Assembly (NCBI GenBank): GCA_024346625.1
Contig: AP024664.1
Coordinates: 496,001-560,000 of the forward strand
Source: Williopsis jadinii
Lineage: Eukaryota
Reading direction: 5' to 3'
DNA: 64,000 nucleotides
In this document: positions 41,380 to 52,452 of the stretch, in pieces
Position numbering within the stretch: position 1 is the first letter of the stretch
Layout: each line of letters starts with the position of its first letter
Position numbers and translations under genes: made by a program
Notes under the pieces: generated by a model
Database searches by the model: none
Told to the model about the DNA's origin: nothing
The model's input: only the letters and a program-made list of their open reading frames with translations

Positions 41380-43161
41380 ATGGCCTCGAGCGCTGAGAAC
41401 GTGACCAGCATGATGCACACGTTCAGGGTGCGGAGAGATGATCACAGGAGAACACGGTCCGGGTGCTTCAATTGCCGCAAGATCAAGAAGAAGTGCGATG
41501 AGACCAGGCCAGCCTGCGGTTACTGCTCAGCAAAGTGTATACCGTGCGTGTGGCCTAGGGGGAACCAGAGTCTGCCCAAGGGCTACGTGGTGCCTCCTGT
41601 GGACGAGGCGTTGGTGAGGAAGAGGAGAGAGGAGCAGAGGGCCCGCGGCGTGGATGGCCACGAGCCAGCAGAGCTGGCGGACGATAGCAGCTCCAGCGAT
41701 GACGATGACACATACCCCTTGGTGATTGAACAGGTGATAAACTTTGATGATGTTAACGGCAACGAGACGGACAGAGAAGCTGGGCAGCATGAGGTTGTGG
41801 AGCTGGAGGTCGAGAAGCTGCCCGTGGTGCTGGCTCACGAGTCCCTGCCGCTATGGACGCCTATTGAGGAATCAATGACGGACACCTTCATCAGCGTAGG
41901 CGCAGGCGCGTTCATAGCGGCGCTTGCTCCTCAGTACACGCACCCTCTGCTCAAGACAGAGAACACATGGACGCCACTGGTCAACAAGCATCCAATCATG
42001 TTGCAAGTGGCCGAGTCGTGTGGCTGTGCGTTCCTCTCGAGCTGTAAATCTGGGCTGGATCCCATAGCAGAGGTCAAATTCTCAAACACAATGGATGCTC
42101 TGATCATGTACATGGCACAGGCAGACTTGTGTGCTGATGACCACCTGTGGATAGGAGCAGCGTTCCAGCTGATGTCCATAGGTGCCACACGGGTGAGAAC
42201 GTTCAATCCGCACCATCTCATGTTGTGTCTACAGTACTCTTACATGTTGATAGAGAACAAGTACATCACGGAGAAGCCTGTTCTTATGATCGAAGGGGGG
42301 CCTGATTCTCCACCAAAGCCTGGAGAACTGGACGTTGACTATGAAACAGACGCACAGATCATGGACCTGGAGAACAGCATCGCATGTTCTGTCGACGTTT
42401 CGTTAACAACGCGGTTTGAAAGAGGATTCTTAGAGTCGTTCATATACGGCTATGGAATGTGCATACTCACGGGGACTGACCATGCTATCCAAGGCTTGCC
42501 GGGGCCTTTTGAGCTGTTCTACCACCTGAGGAAGGTGCTCAAGCACTCGCTGGTGCCCTGTGATGTCTCCTGGATGAACCATCCGGTGTTCGGCTCGTCG
42601 TTCGATGCATTTGAAATGGCAATCAAGGCTAGCTATCTGCTACGGAACCAGAGCGATCCGGAGTCCTTACCCATGGCAAAGAAGTTGCTGTTGTCAGCTT
42701 ATCAATACCCCAAGCCAAGTATAGCAGGTGAAGCACATGTTAACAAGTCCAAACTGTCAGCGTTGCGTGATTCAGTGCTGCTTACAGAGGCATTTCTCAA
42801 ATGTGTCAAGATCCTTCTCAAGAAGATTATAGATCCGAACTTTGATCTTAGTAATGACTCTGTCCAGAGAGACGTCACCACCGCAAGGATCAAGCTATCA
42901 CAGATAGATAAAGACTCTGGAGTACGGTCCATTTCGCCGATGTGCTTGTTGATCATTGGACTGTCTGCTCTCTACTATGAAGATAGAGAAGTTATCCTGG
43001 AAAACATCTTTGGATACTCCGATATCGTTCGTGCAAGGTACACGTTCTCCATCATCGATGTCCTTGAGATTGCTTGGGGATATAGAGGTGACTTGTACAG
43101 CACTGCGAGAGGACTTGATGTTCTCATGGATGATAAAGTCATGCAACTATTGGTGTTTTGA
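41380..43161 (+). CDS. Zn(II)2Cys6 transcription factor with a fungal-specific C-terminal domain
   Basis: RRTRSGCFNCRKIKKKCDETRPACGYCSAKCIPCVWP cluster. Confidence 0.88.
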   Translation: MASSAENVTSMMHTFRVRRDDHRRTRSGCFNCRKIKKKCDETRPACGYCSAKCIPCVWPRGNQSLPKGYVVPPVDEALVRKRREEQRARGVDGHEPAELADDSSSSDDDDTYPLVIEQVINFDDVNGNETDREAGQHEVVELEVEKLPVVLAHESLPLWTPIEESMTDTFISVGAGAFIAALAPQYTHPLLKTENTWTPLVNKHPIMLQVAESCGCAFLSSCKSGLDPIAEVKFSNTMDALIMYMAQADLCADDHLWIGAAFQLMSIGATRVRTFNPHHLMLCLQYSYMLIENKYITEKPVLMIEGGPDSPPKPGELDVDYETDAQIMDLENSIACSVDVSLTTRFERGFLESFIYGYGMCILTGTDHAIQGLPGPFELFYHLRKVLKHSLVPCDVSWMNHPVFGSSFDAFEMAIKASYLLRNQSDPESLPMAKKLLLSAYQYPKPSIAGEAHVNKSKLSALRDSVLLTEAFLKCVKILLKKIIDPNFDLSNDSVQRDVTTARIKLSQIDKDSGVRSISPMCLLIIGLSALYYEDREVILENIFGYSDIVRARYTFSIIDVLEIAWGYRGDLYSTARGLDVLMDDKVMQLLVF

Positions 43162-43183
43162 ACAAACGCACATCACATATCAT

Positions 43184-44708
43184 TCATACTGTAGATACTA
43201 TGGGGAACTTTGAATATAAGGGATGGCTCCTCATCTCCGTCCACTCTGATTCCCAGAACTCCATACCAAGATTTCTCACTAGATCTTCAACGGAAATGGC
43301 ATCCTTTGTCAATATCAGCAGACGAACAACGCACTCTCTCTTGAGCTTGTTCCTCTGGATCTTGTCCAGTGCGGGTTCTCTCAAGCCAACATTAGATTGC
43401 GAATAGTTTAGTCCAGATTTCAATAGATTTATGGCATTGCTTTTCAATGTGTCACGGTGCTGAACAGCAGCATCACAGGTCAACGAAGCCCTCAACAGTT
43501 CATTATCAGCTCTGGATATCAACACTTCAACAATCTTGCCAACCAGTGCGGAAACTCTCGCACCCTTTGCGCTCTTCTCCTCGTTCAGCTCGGACGTCAG
43601 CGTATCCTGTGCAAGTTTCAATGCCTTCAGTGCATGCGATACAACTGTCCATTGGTCTTCCTCGCTGAACTGTACAAAGGAGAGCAACGTGATGAAAGAG
43701 TCCGCCTGTGCCAGCCATTTCGAGCTGGTTGTCAATGCCATAGACTCCCAGAGATTCACCAGTGGTGCCAGCTCAACAGTCTGAATGCCATATATACAGG
43801 ACTTCACTAGAGAGAGCTCATCCAACTCGCCCTGTTTAATGTTGAGCTGGAATGGATCATCATTTCCTGGTGCAAATCGCTCCAGCAGCTTAAGGCCATC
43901 GTCCAATTGACCCAGAAACACTTGAGATTCGCCAGCTACCAGCCTCAGCTCCTCTAAGGTATCACAAGATTGCATTGCTGTGAACACCATTCTCCAGGCT
44001 GTAATCAGCGTATCCAACACCGTACTGGGGACGATCTGTTCGTACATGTCACCCTCACCTTGAGTCTCCGTAGGAGTCTCTGACTCGCCAACCTCTAATC
44101 TTTGCAGAAACGAGTCCAGCTCAAGGACTTGTACTTTCAAGATGCTATTGATGAGAGCAATGTTTCCGTTTAGCAGGCCAACGACCTGTTCGGCCATTAC
44201 ACCTTCTTGTTCCATCGCCTCCATATTGAGAAGCACCTGGTTGTAAGCACATTCCCAATTGACCCAGCCAGCAGCCTGGTACTCCCTCATAACGCCTTGT
44301 AGCCCTGTGAGGTGAACAGTACAGCCATCACACCCCGTGAGCATACTCTTGGGGACATCCTTATACGTCTCGTAAACGTGGAAGAGCAGCCTCAGTCTGT
44401 TGTACACGTGATCAGAACCTCCGCCATTGGACAGCGCAATTGACCTGGAGTAGTAGTCAAACGACTCCTGGTATGCTCTCAAAGACTTTGCAACGTCTGA
44501 CAATAGCCATCTGTCAGCGTACTCCTCCTTTGATATTGCTTCCTCGAGATAATCCTCGGAGGTCTGGGGCATCGCCTCCTGCTGCTTGAGTTGCTTAGGC
44601 TGTTTCGAGAACTTTGGAAGCTTTAGATGTTCTTGGATATGCCAATCTGTTAGTGATATTGCTCAATACATGTTGTAGTTGCACTATGGACATACTCTTT
44701 GGAGGCAT
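43184..44708 (-). CDS. Conserved uncharacterised helical protein (YNL193W-like); exons 44708-44696 and 44631-43184
   Basis: Intron 44632-44695 (GTATGT..CACTAAC..AAG) gives MPPKKHLKLPKFSKQPKQLK in frame; the ADRWLLSDVAKSLRAY motif resembles YNL193W. Confidence 0.7.
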
Positions 44709-44892
44709 TCTGCTGTGATTCTTGCTGATTGATACCGAGAGAATGATGCGGGAGTAATTTTTCATTTTCTCACGATGTTATACATAGTGGGAACCACAAC
44801 AGATGATTTCTTACAAACGAACCCTCTATCTATCCTCCATATCATGAGTAAATATAACAACTATACACACCAAGTCTCTAACAAACGTGTTA

Positions 44893-45804
44893 TCAACGCT
44901 CAGCGAATAACACTGCGCCGTCCTTATCGATGCTGATGCTGAATTCCAAGTCATCGTCGGTGGTCATATCCCAGAACTTATACAGCATCATGATGGAGAA
45001 CAAGTTACACAACGAGCCGAAGAAGAGTCCGTCTATGTAGTGGTTGACTCCTTCGCAGATAGGCTTGGAGCACGCGTACATGAGCACTTGTCCAATGATG
45101 AATGATGCCACCGCAAGTCCAATCACACCCACAACCCAGTAGTTCTTTATCACCAGTAGAGCCAACAATATCTGGGAAACGATATAAATGGCTAAGAAGA
45201 TTGCGTTGAAGACGTATATCACAACGAACAGCCCTGTGGTGTGCTCCGAGTCGATGGTGTTGTTGAGGATCCAATCGTTGAAAGTGATCAAGCTGATTAC
45301 AAAAGTAAGTATGAAAAGAGCCAATGTTGAGAGTCTCAGGAACCACATCGACTTCTTCGTGCCATCCTCCCACATTCTGAAGCCCAAGAACCCACAAATC
45401 ATCAAACACCAACACGATGCGGACGCCAACCCGAGTTGTAACGCCACAAAGTACGGGTACGACCCTGTTCCAGGAGGGCTCACGCCGCAATCAACAACCA
45501 AAGTCGCCACGATCAACGCCAGTATCAAGTAAAAGAAGAATAGCATCTCCAGTCTTCCGATAGCTGTGTACTTCGATCTGACGTTGTAGATGATGATGAT
45601 CATGATCACGAGGGCACCAATGTTGACAAAGGCGTTACCAATCTGGAATATCACGGTATTGGCAACGTCTATCGGACGGGCGTAGCACTCAGGGATGATC
45701 CCTTCGTTCAGGTGCGTGAACTGCTCGTTCGTCGTTGCCTTCACAACCTGGCACAACGGGAGCGGCGTGTTGTGGCATAGCGAGTTGAAATCACCGAATG
45801 CCAT
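44893..45804 (-). CDS. CHS7: Chitin synthase III export chaperone
   Basis: MAFGDF..TPLPLC, CYARPID, KYTAIGRLEM, HYIDGLFFG, YKFWDMTTDDDLEFS. Confidence 0.97.
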   Translation of the reverse strand: MAFGDFNSLCHNTPLPLCQVVKATTNEQFTHLNEGIIPECYARPIDVANTVIFQIGNAFVNIGALVIMIIIIYNVRSKYTAIGRLEMLFFFYLILALIVATLVVDCGVSPPGTGSYPYFVALQLGLASASCWCLMICGFLGFRMWEDGTKKSMWFLRLSTLALFILTFVISLITFNDWILNNTIDSEHTTGLFVVIYVFNAIFLAIYIVSQILLALLVIKNYWVVGVIGLAVASFIIGQVLMYACSKPICEGVNHYIDGLFFGSLCNLFSIMMLYKFWDMTTDDDLEFSISIDKDGAVLFAER

Positions 45805-46056
45805 TGTGTTTTATCGTTAGGGAGACCTGTTTGAAGCTGACAGCGGGATGAAGATGAGGAAGGAGAGCACAACAGCTGAGCGGAAGTCTCTGTGATGCTT
45901 GGTGGACCGGGTGTAGGTGGAATCTCCCTGGTGAGCGTACTTGCAACGGTGCTCAGCGACTTCTTCTCGAGAGGAAACGTAAACAAAGAGGTTTCAATGT
46001 TGATGTTGATGTGTATTTTTGTTACAAAAGCAGAAATTGTAAACAAAAAGGTATAA

Positions 46057-46305
46057 TTAGGGCTCTGGTGTAATGATGGGCACGTGACGTTACCGTGCTG
46101 GTCGATTTTAGGGCTATTGGTTCGCGTCCCGCTGGTGTCCGGGTTAGCGTGTCAATGTGGCGCCTCCCGATTATTACATAAGAAAACACCCACCCACGCA
46201 ACACCTGGTGTCTGGATGTTGACGCTTTGTATGCGTGTGTGTGTTTTTTCTTCCGTCTTGTTGGGCCACTCTGCGCGAGCGTTGGCGACTCACCGGTGAA
46301 ATTTA
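46057..46305 (+). promoter_or_regulatory. RPL42 promoter: Tbf1 x2, Cbf1, Rap1-like, Fhl1-like and RRPE-like motifs
   Basis: TTAGGGC at 46057 and 46108; CACGTGAC at 46081; GGTGTCTGGATGT at 46207-46219; GACGC at 46221; TGAAATTT at about 46297. Confidence 0.75.
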
Positions 46306-46376
46306 TCGAAAACTTTCAGGCTCAGGCCCTTTTCAACACTACCCTTTGAGATCACATCAAGCAGTAATCAAACACA

Positions 46377-47064
46377 ATGGGTATGTGGGAAACGACGACG
46401 TGTGCGGTGTGTGAATGCCATTAGTGGGATATGTGGTAGTCTCGAGCGTGGATATTATCGATAGGGATGGTGCTTGTTCTATACGTCTTGCTGGGAAGGA
46501 AGAAAGCGATGAAGTATGTGGGAAGAAGGGGTGGTTTAAGAGAGGAAGTAGACATGTAACAAGTGTGTTCAGAGAACAAGGACGGAAATATCACCTATAT
46601 GACGTACACATCACGAACTGCTCCTGGAGGAAGCGACAAGATGAATATCAACAGGCATCATCATATCTCTACAATGGCTCGTTCCCAAAGCACACGCACA
46701 AACAAATCCGAGACTTTTGTACTAACAGCTGTATCTCTGACAAATAGTTAACGTTCCAAAGACCAGAAGAACCTACTGTAAGGGTAAGGAGTGCAGAAAG
46801 CACACTCAACACAAGGTTACCCAGTACAAGGCTGGTAAGGCTTCCCTCTTTGCCCAGGGTAAGCGTCGTTATGACCGTAAGCAATCCGGTTACGGTGGTC
46901 AAACCAAGCCAGTTTTCCACAAAAAGGCTAAAACCACCAAGAAGGTTGTTTTGCGTTTGGAGTGTGTTGTCTGCAAGACCAAGGCCCAATTGGCTTTGAA
47001 GCGTTGTAAGCACTTCGAGTTGGGTGGTGACAAGAAGCAAAAGGGTCAAGCTTTGCAATTCTAA
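46377..47064 (+). CDS. RPL42: 60S ribosomal protein eL42 (L41/L42); exons 46377-46380, 46748-47064
   Basis: 367-nt intron 46381-46747 (GTATGT..TACTAAC..TAG). Spliced 106 aa [20 protein letters not shown]...[11 protein letters not shown]...GQALQF. Absent from the ORF track. Confidence 0.98.
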
Positions 47065-47540
47065 GCTTAAGACAATTGTTGAAAGTTTTATTATTATCAC
47101 TACACTGTGTTTTTGATGTCATCTAATGTAAAAGCGTTTATATTACCACTTGGTTCGGTATCCTGTAGAAGAATACGGCCTGTAGCGTAGCATTCCCACA
47201 GGAGGATCACAGCAACATAGACCAAACAATGTCACGCACGGGGATCGAACGCGGAACCAAACCTCTCCCTCCTCCCCCTTTCACCGCGGTTATTTTGTTA
47301 TGGGCACACACAGGGGAAGGAAAAAAATGCACACACGCACAAAAGCGAGCTCCTTCGGCTGGCAAACAGCACTAAATAAACAAACCTATAACGGTGGTTC
47401 TCTGCTTTAATTGGTGGTTTCGAGTTGATCCAAAGCACATTTCAAGAGGTTCAGATCCTAAGGAACATTGTCAGTGACTTGTTGAGGTTGATTCGAGCGG
47501 AAAGTCGCGGTTTTGCTAAGGAGCTTTTCATTTTCTCACG

Positions 47541-49613
47541 ATGTTCAACAGCTCAGATCAGTACTATCAGTATCAACAACAAGGCGAGGGACAGCCACAG
47601 GGATTTGTACAGCCCACGGCCCAGTTCAGCGCGCAATACATGAAACAGCAGGGGTCCCACCAGTCGCTTCAAGAACAATTGTACCAGCAGCAGCAGCAAG
47701 AGCTGTACCATCAGCAGCAGCAGCAGCAGCAACATCAACATCAACATCAGGATGTTGAACGTACACAGTTTCTCAGTATGCAGAATAAGATGCCGCCGCC
47801 TTCGAACCCTATGAATATGCCTGCTACTCCCCCTTCACAGGGCTACAACAACGTGTATTCCACGTCCCCTGGCCAGATGAGTCCCTCACAGCGCTCCCTG
47901 CATCAAGGCGTTGCTCTTCAACAACAACAGCAGCAGCAGTCTCAGAGCCCACAGTTTTACCAGCCACAGGTTCCAGCGTCCCCTACACGGTCCATCCGCT
48001 CGAACCATTTGACCCCCGTGCTGTCGAACACCTCCAGTCTCGCATCAGCGTCTCGCACGCTCCAACAACAACAACAGTTTGGCTCCAGCAACTTTGACTC
48101 TAACGTGAAACCAACGTTCAACGTCAACACTTCCCCTTCAAGGCCTTCAAACTATGTATATTTTGAACGTCATCCTGAGATTTTCAAGAAGCAGACACAG
48201 GACAAAGCAGCTGCAGTGAAGTTACGTTTGGAGAACTACTACCAGATGAGTGTTTCTCATGCTGTTGAGCGTAACCAACGTCGTGTGGATTTGGAACACA
48301 GTTTAGCCACTGAAGACTGCTCTGAGGAGCGTAAGAATCGTCAGCTTCAGAGCCTTGGTCGTAAGGAATCGCAATTCCTGAGACTTAGAAGAACAAGGCT
48401 GAGTTTGGACGATTTTGAAACTGTTAAGGTCATCGGTAAAGGAGCCTTTGGTGAGGTTCGTCTTGTTCAAAAGAAAGATACCGGTAAGATCTACGCTATG
48501 AAGACACTGCTGAAGAGTGAGATGTACAAGAAGGACCAGTTGGCCCACGTTAAGGCTGAGAGGGATGTTCTTGCAGGTAGTGATTCTCCCTGGGTTGTTT
48601 CCCTGTATTACTCTTTCCAAGATGCTCAGTATCTCTATCTGATTATGGAATTCTTACCGGGTGGTGATTTGATGACCATGCTTATCAGATGGCAAGTCTT
48701 TACTGAGGATATCACGAGGTTTTACATGGCTGAATGTGTCTTGGCGATTGAAGCCATTCATAAGCTAGGTTTTATCCATCGTGACATCAAACCAGATAAC
48801 ATCTTGATCGATATCCGTGGGCACATCAAACTCTCTGATTTTGGATTATCCACCGGATTCCACAAGACCCATGATTCAAACTATTACAAGAAGTTGCTCC
48901 AACAACAGGATCAGGGCAAATTGCCACAACCGCAGTCTTTGAACGAGCCAGGTTCTAGAAATACAATGATGGTTGATGCTATCCATATGACTTTATCCAA
49001 CAGACAGCAGATCCAAACCTGGAGGAAGTCACGTCGTTTAATGGCGTACTCAACCGTCGGTACGCCTGATTACATTGCCCCAGAGATCTTCATCCATCAA
49101 GGGTACGGTCAAGAGTGTGATTGGTGGTCCCTAGGCACCATCATGTTCGAATGTCTAGTTGGATGGCCACCGTTCTGCTCTGAAACCCCACAGGAGACTT
49201 ATAGAAAGATCTTGAACTTCCAAGAAACTTTACAATTCCCAGATGATGTTCATCTTTCCCCAGAAGCTGAGAATCTGATTAGGTTGTTGTTAACCCATGC
49301 AGAGAACCGTTTAGGACGTCATGGTGGAGCTGCTGAGATTAAGGCACATCCATTCTTCCGTGGTGTTGACTGGAATACCATTCGAGAAGTGGATGCACCA
49401 TTCATTCCAAAGCTGAAGAGTATAACGGACACTAGATTCTTCCCAACTGAGGAGTTGGAGAACGTTCCTGAGAATCCTGCATTGGCCAGAGCCGAACGTG
49501 AAAGACAAGCCCATGGAGGTGCAGCATCTAATGGTGATAGTAAGGAAGATTTACCATTCATCGGTTATACCTACTCCAGGTTTGACTATCTGACTAGAAA
49601 GAATGCTCTGTGA
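47541..49613 (+). CDS. CBK1: NDR/LATS kinase of the RAM network
   Basis: PolyQ N-terminus; [32 protein letters not shown]-terminal [20 protein letters not shown]. Confidence 0.97.
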   Translation: MFNSSDQYYQYQQQGEGQPQGFVQPTAQFSAQYMKQQGSHQSLQEQLYQQQQQELYHQQQQQQQHQHQHQDVERTQFLSMQNKMPPPSNPMNMPATPPSQGYNNVYSTSPGQMSPSQRSLHQGVALQQQQQQQSQSPQFYQPQVPASPTRSIRSNHLTPVLSNTSSLASASRTLQQQQQFGSSNFDSNVKPTFNVNTSPSRPSNYVYFERHPEIFKKQTQDKAAAVKLRLENYYQMSVSHAVERNQRRVDLEHSLATEDCSEERKNRQLQSLGRKESQFLRLRRTRLSLDDFETVKVIGKGAFGEVRLVQKKDTGKIYAMKTLLKSEMYKKDQLAHVKAERDVLAGSDSPWVVSLYYSFQDAQYLYLIMEFLPGGDLMTMLIRWQVFTEDITRFYMAECVLAIEAIHKLGFIHRDIKPDNILIDIRGHIKLSDFGLSTGFHKTHDSNYYKKLLQQQDQGKLPQPQSLNEPGSRNTMMVDAIHMTLSNRQQIQTWRKSRRLMAYSTVGTPDYIAPEIFIHQGYGQECDWWSLGTIMFECLVGWPPFCSETPQETYRKILNFQETLQFPDDVHLSPEAENLIRLLLTHAENRLGRHGGAAEIKAHPFFRGVDWNTIREVDAPFIPKLKSITDTRFFPTEELENVPENPALARAERERQAHGGAASNGDSKEDLPFIGYTYSRFDYLTRKNAL

Positions 49614-51669
49614 TTGGAAGTGCTGTTTCACAAAGCTTTTTGATGTATTAATTGCTTGCATTGATTACATTGATGTGTTGCTAAGGGGTTAGCGTGTGTA
49701 TATGGTGTACTAAAAGGACAAATTGTGTATTTGTGTGTATGGAGAGGCCCCTCTCCCCGTTGTTTTTATGTGTAGCGAGGGTATAAATCATTTGATGCTA
49801 CCGCATCCGCCCCGCTGAAGATAGCAATAGCCGGAGACTGGATAACCCTGGTTACGTCGACCTCATCAACGTTCCAACGACTCTGCATCTATGTGACAAC
49901 CATGCACGACTGCTTATCTATGTGGACTATCATGGCCTCATGGTGCCGTTACGAGCCCCGTCGTGTGATGATCTCATGGTGATCCCAATCGTGATCCCAA
50001 TCGTGATCTTAATCGAGAACCTGACCACGATTGCTCCGTGATCATGACACACTATCAGAACCCTTATCTCTCCGGTCTAGTAGTAGCTGGCGTAGCAAGC
50101 GGAACGATAAGCTATAACAGGTATACAACATCCATGTGAGGAAGGCAACGGCTAATCTACACTCGAACACCTCTGCGTGGCTCTCGTTGACCCTTTAGAG
50201 GCCTGTTACCCGTGATCTTCACGCCGGTCTGGCCTTAGACTCTGGCCCTCAGGCCTAATTCACAAAACCCGGATGACCTCACTGGTTCCCAGCATCGCTA
50301 GCATGTGCTAACCGAAGCAACATCAGCTATTATCACTTCTCCGAACGCCAAATCATCATCTGCCAACAGGGGCACTGTTATATTGTGCGATGTGACAACA
50401 CTGACGGTGCTGATGATCGTATGCTCCGTGGACTGTCTGCGCATGCTACGATTGTCACAATCCTCTAACAGCTGTAAGCTATTAATCCCTGGATCGGGTC
50501 AGTGCACAGTGCATAGTGTACATACAGCACGTCCTGTAAACCGTGCCAATCCTCGCGTTGCTCATTCCTCTTCTCGGTTAATGGGCACATGGTGGGAACA
50601 GTGCGGAAGGCCTCAACGGTCGGTTACAACGCCAACTTCTCATCCGTCTTGAACGGCTAAGTCGTGCTGGTTTAGCTGATCCAGTCTCAACGAGCCACGC
50701 AGTACGTTCTGTTCCTCCATCTGGGCCGATACGGAAGGAAGAGACCTCTGAAGAGGGGCTCTCCTCCGCTTCCACCAACCGTTGCGACTACGATGCAAGT
50801 AATTAAAGAGGAATCCACCTTTTAAACCCCGTCAAAGACCTAAATCCTCGACGGCATATGCGGCGTGCGCGGTACGTGGAGTCTGGGCTAATCTACGCTG
50901 TGATTTGGTGCTTTCCCTCCACGCCGTGATTTTGAGCTGTTTTCTGGTGCTTCTATCTCTCATGATTTTATAACACGCGTGTGCGATGAGGCTCACCATG
51001 GCCGAAATAGCGTGTTTAATTCTTCGAAATGGCATGCTTTTTGCCCATGAAGCGGTCCCCTGCCCCTGGGAGGCTTCCCATGGGCGTCGATCCCCTCTGA
51101 GACTTTTCATCCATACGACATTGCTGTAGTATAACGCTGTATGGATCTCTACATGGGTTGCTGCCACCTCTACAACGGTGTAGAGCGGACGGTACACAAC
51201 AGGCGGTCAGATCACGCACTTAGCCAGCACACACAGAATAGACGCGTATGAATGGCACTGTGTCGTGGTTGTGTAGCATCTGCTCTGTGTGGAACATCCG
51301 CTCTGTCAGCATCATCCGCTCTGTCAGCACCCTCTGCTCCGTGCAAACCCTCAACCGCACCGTTGATCCAAGCTCTCCCGTCGCGATGGCTCTCGAGAGG
51401 AGCAACCGGGATTCCCGTGCTACGAGGTTATTTCCTGCGCCAGGAGGACAGCCCGTACAGACAGCCCGTACAAACAGGCCATCCAGGCTCTTCGCTGTGC
51501 AGTGCTAGTGCTGGTGATCCGATCCACCACAAGACTACGTGCTACAAACAGGCACCATCACACGCTGAACCCGCAACCACCGCAACCGCCGAGCCTTCTG
51601 GGCGTGTGTGGGGCCGGTGAGGACACCGGGGGAGCCCACCTTGGCGGCCAAACTTCGCTCCCTTCAACC

Positions 51670-51770
51670 CCTTTTAGGCCTCCCCTTTTAGGCCTCCCCG
51701 TTTAGGCCTCCCCGTTTAGGCCTCCCCTCCCCAGCACACTCTGCCCCCTGCCCCCTGCCCCCTGCCCCCT
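51670..51770 (+). repeat. TTTAGGCCTCCC x4 followed by (CTGCCCC)x4
   Basis: Directly visible tandem units in the long CBK1-downstream intergenic region. Confidence 0.85.
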
Positions 51771-52452
51771 AAAAGCTGTAAACAAACGCTCCCTACGCTT
51801 CCCACGCGGGTATTTCTCGGCTGAGTCCCGCTGAGCGCTTTTTGCTCCCTCTTGCTACGCGTGCTGCAACAGAGACCGTCGATTGCTGACGTTTCATGCA
51901 CTGGGCCGTCATGCGCGCAATCCCACGGGGACGGAAACACAGATCAAACGTGATCATGTCACCGTTGGCGGCAAGTTGCGACCAAGTTGCGAGCAAGATG
52001 GCCATTTAAAAGGGGCCGGGAAGTACGCGCTTTCCAGCTGTTCTCTGCGCGTGGGTTTGGCCTGCTCCGTGTGACTTTGTTATTTTCGCCTCCCATTGTG
52101 GCTTCTTCTTTTGGCTCCTTCCGTCTCGAAACCTGCTTCCTCCCGGCTGTAAATCTAAACGCCGCCATTTTCTCATTAGGGGGAGTCTTATCCGATAAAG
52201 CACGAGACGATACGCATAGAGTCAACCTGGGCAGACAAAACACCGGTTGGCTAACGTGGGAAAAGGGGCATTTGCGAAGTTGTTACCGGAACAGCCTCTT
52301 GTAGTGGTCACAACGAGGTTTGGATAGGTTTTTTCACGGACAAATTGGAAAGCTGACCTGTTGTTGCTCACTCTGTCTGTTGTGCACCGAGTGAAAGGAT
52401 CAAGGATCAGGGATCAGGGATCAACACACACAGCAACACGCACTGCGAAGAG

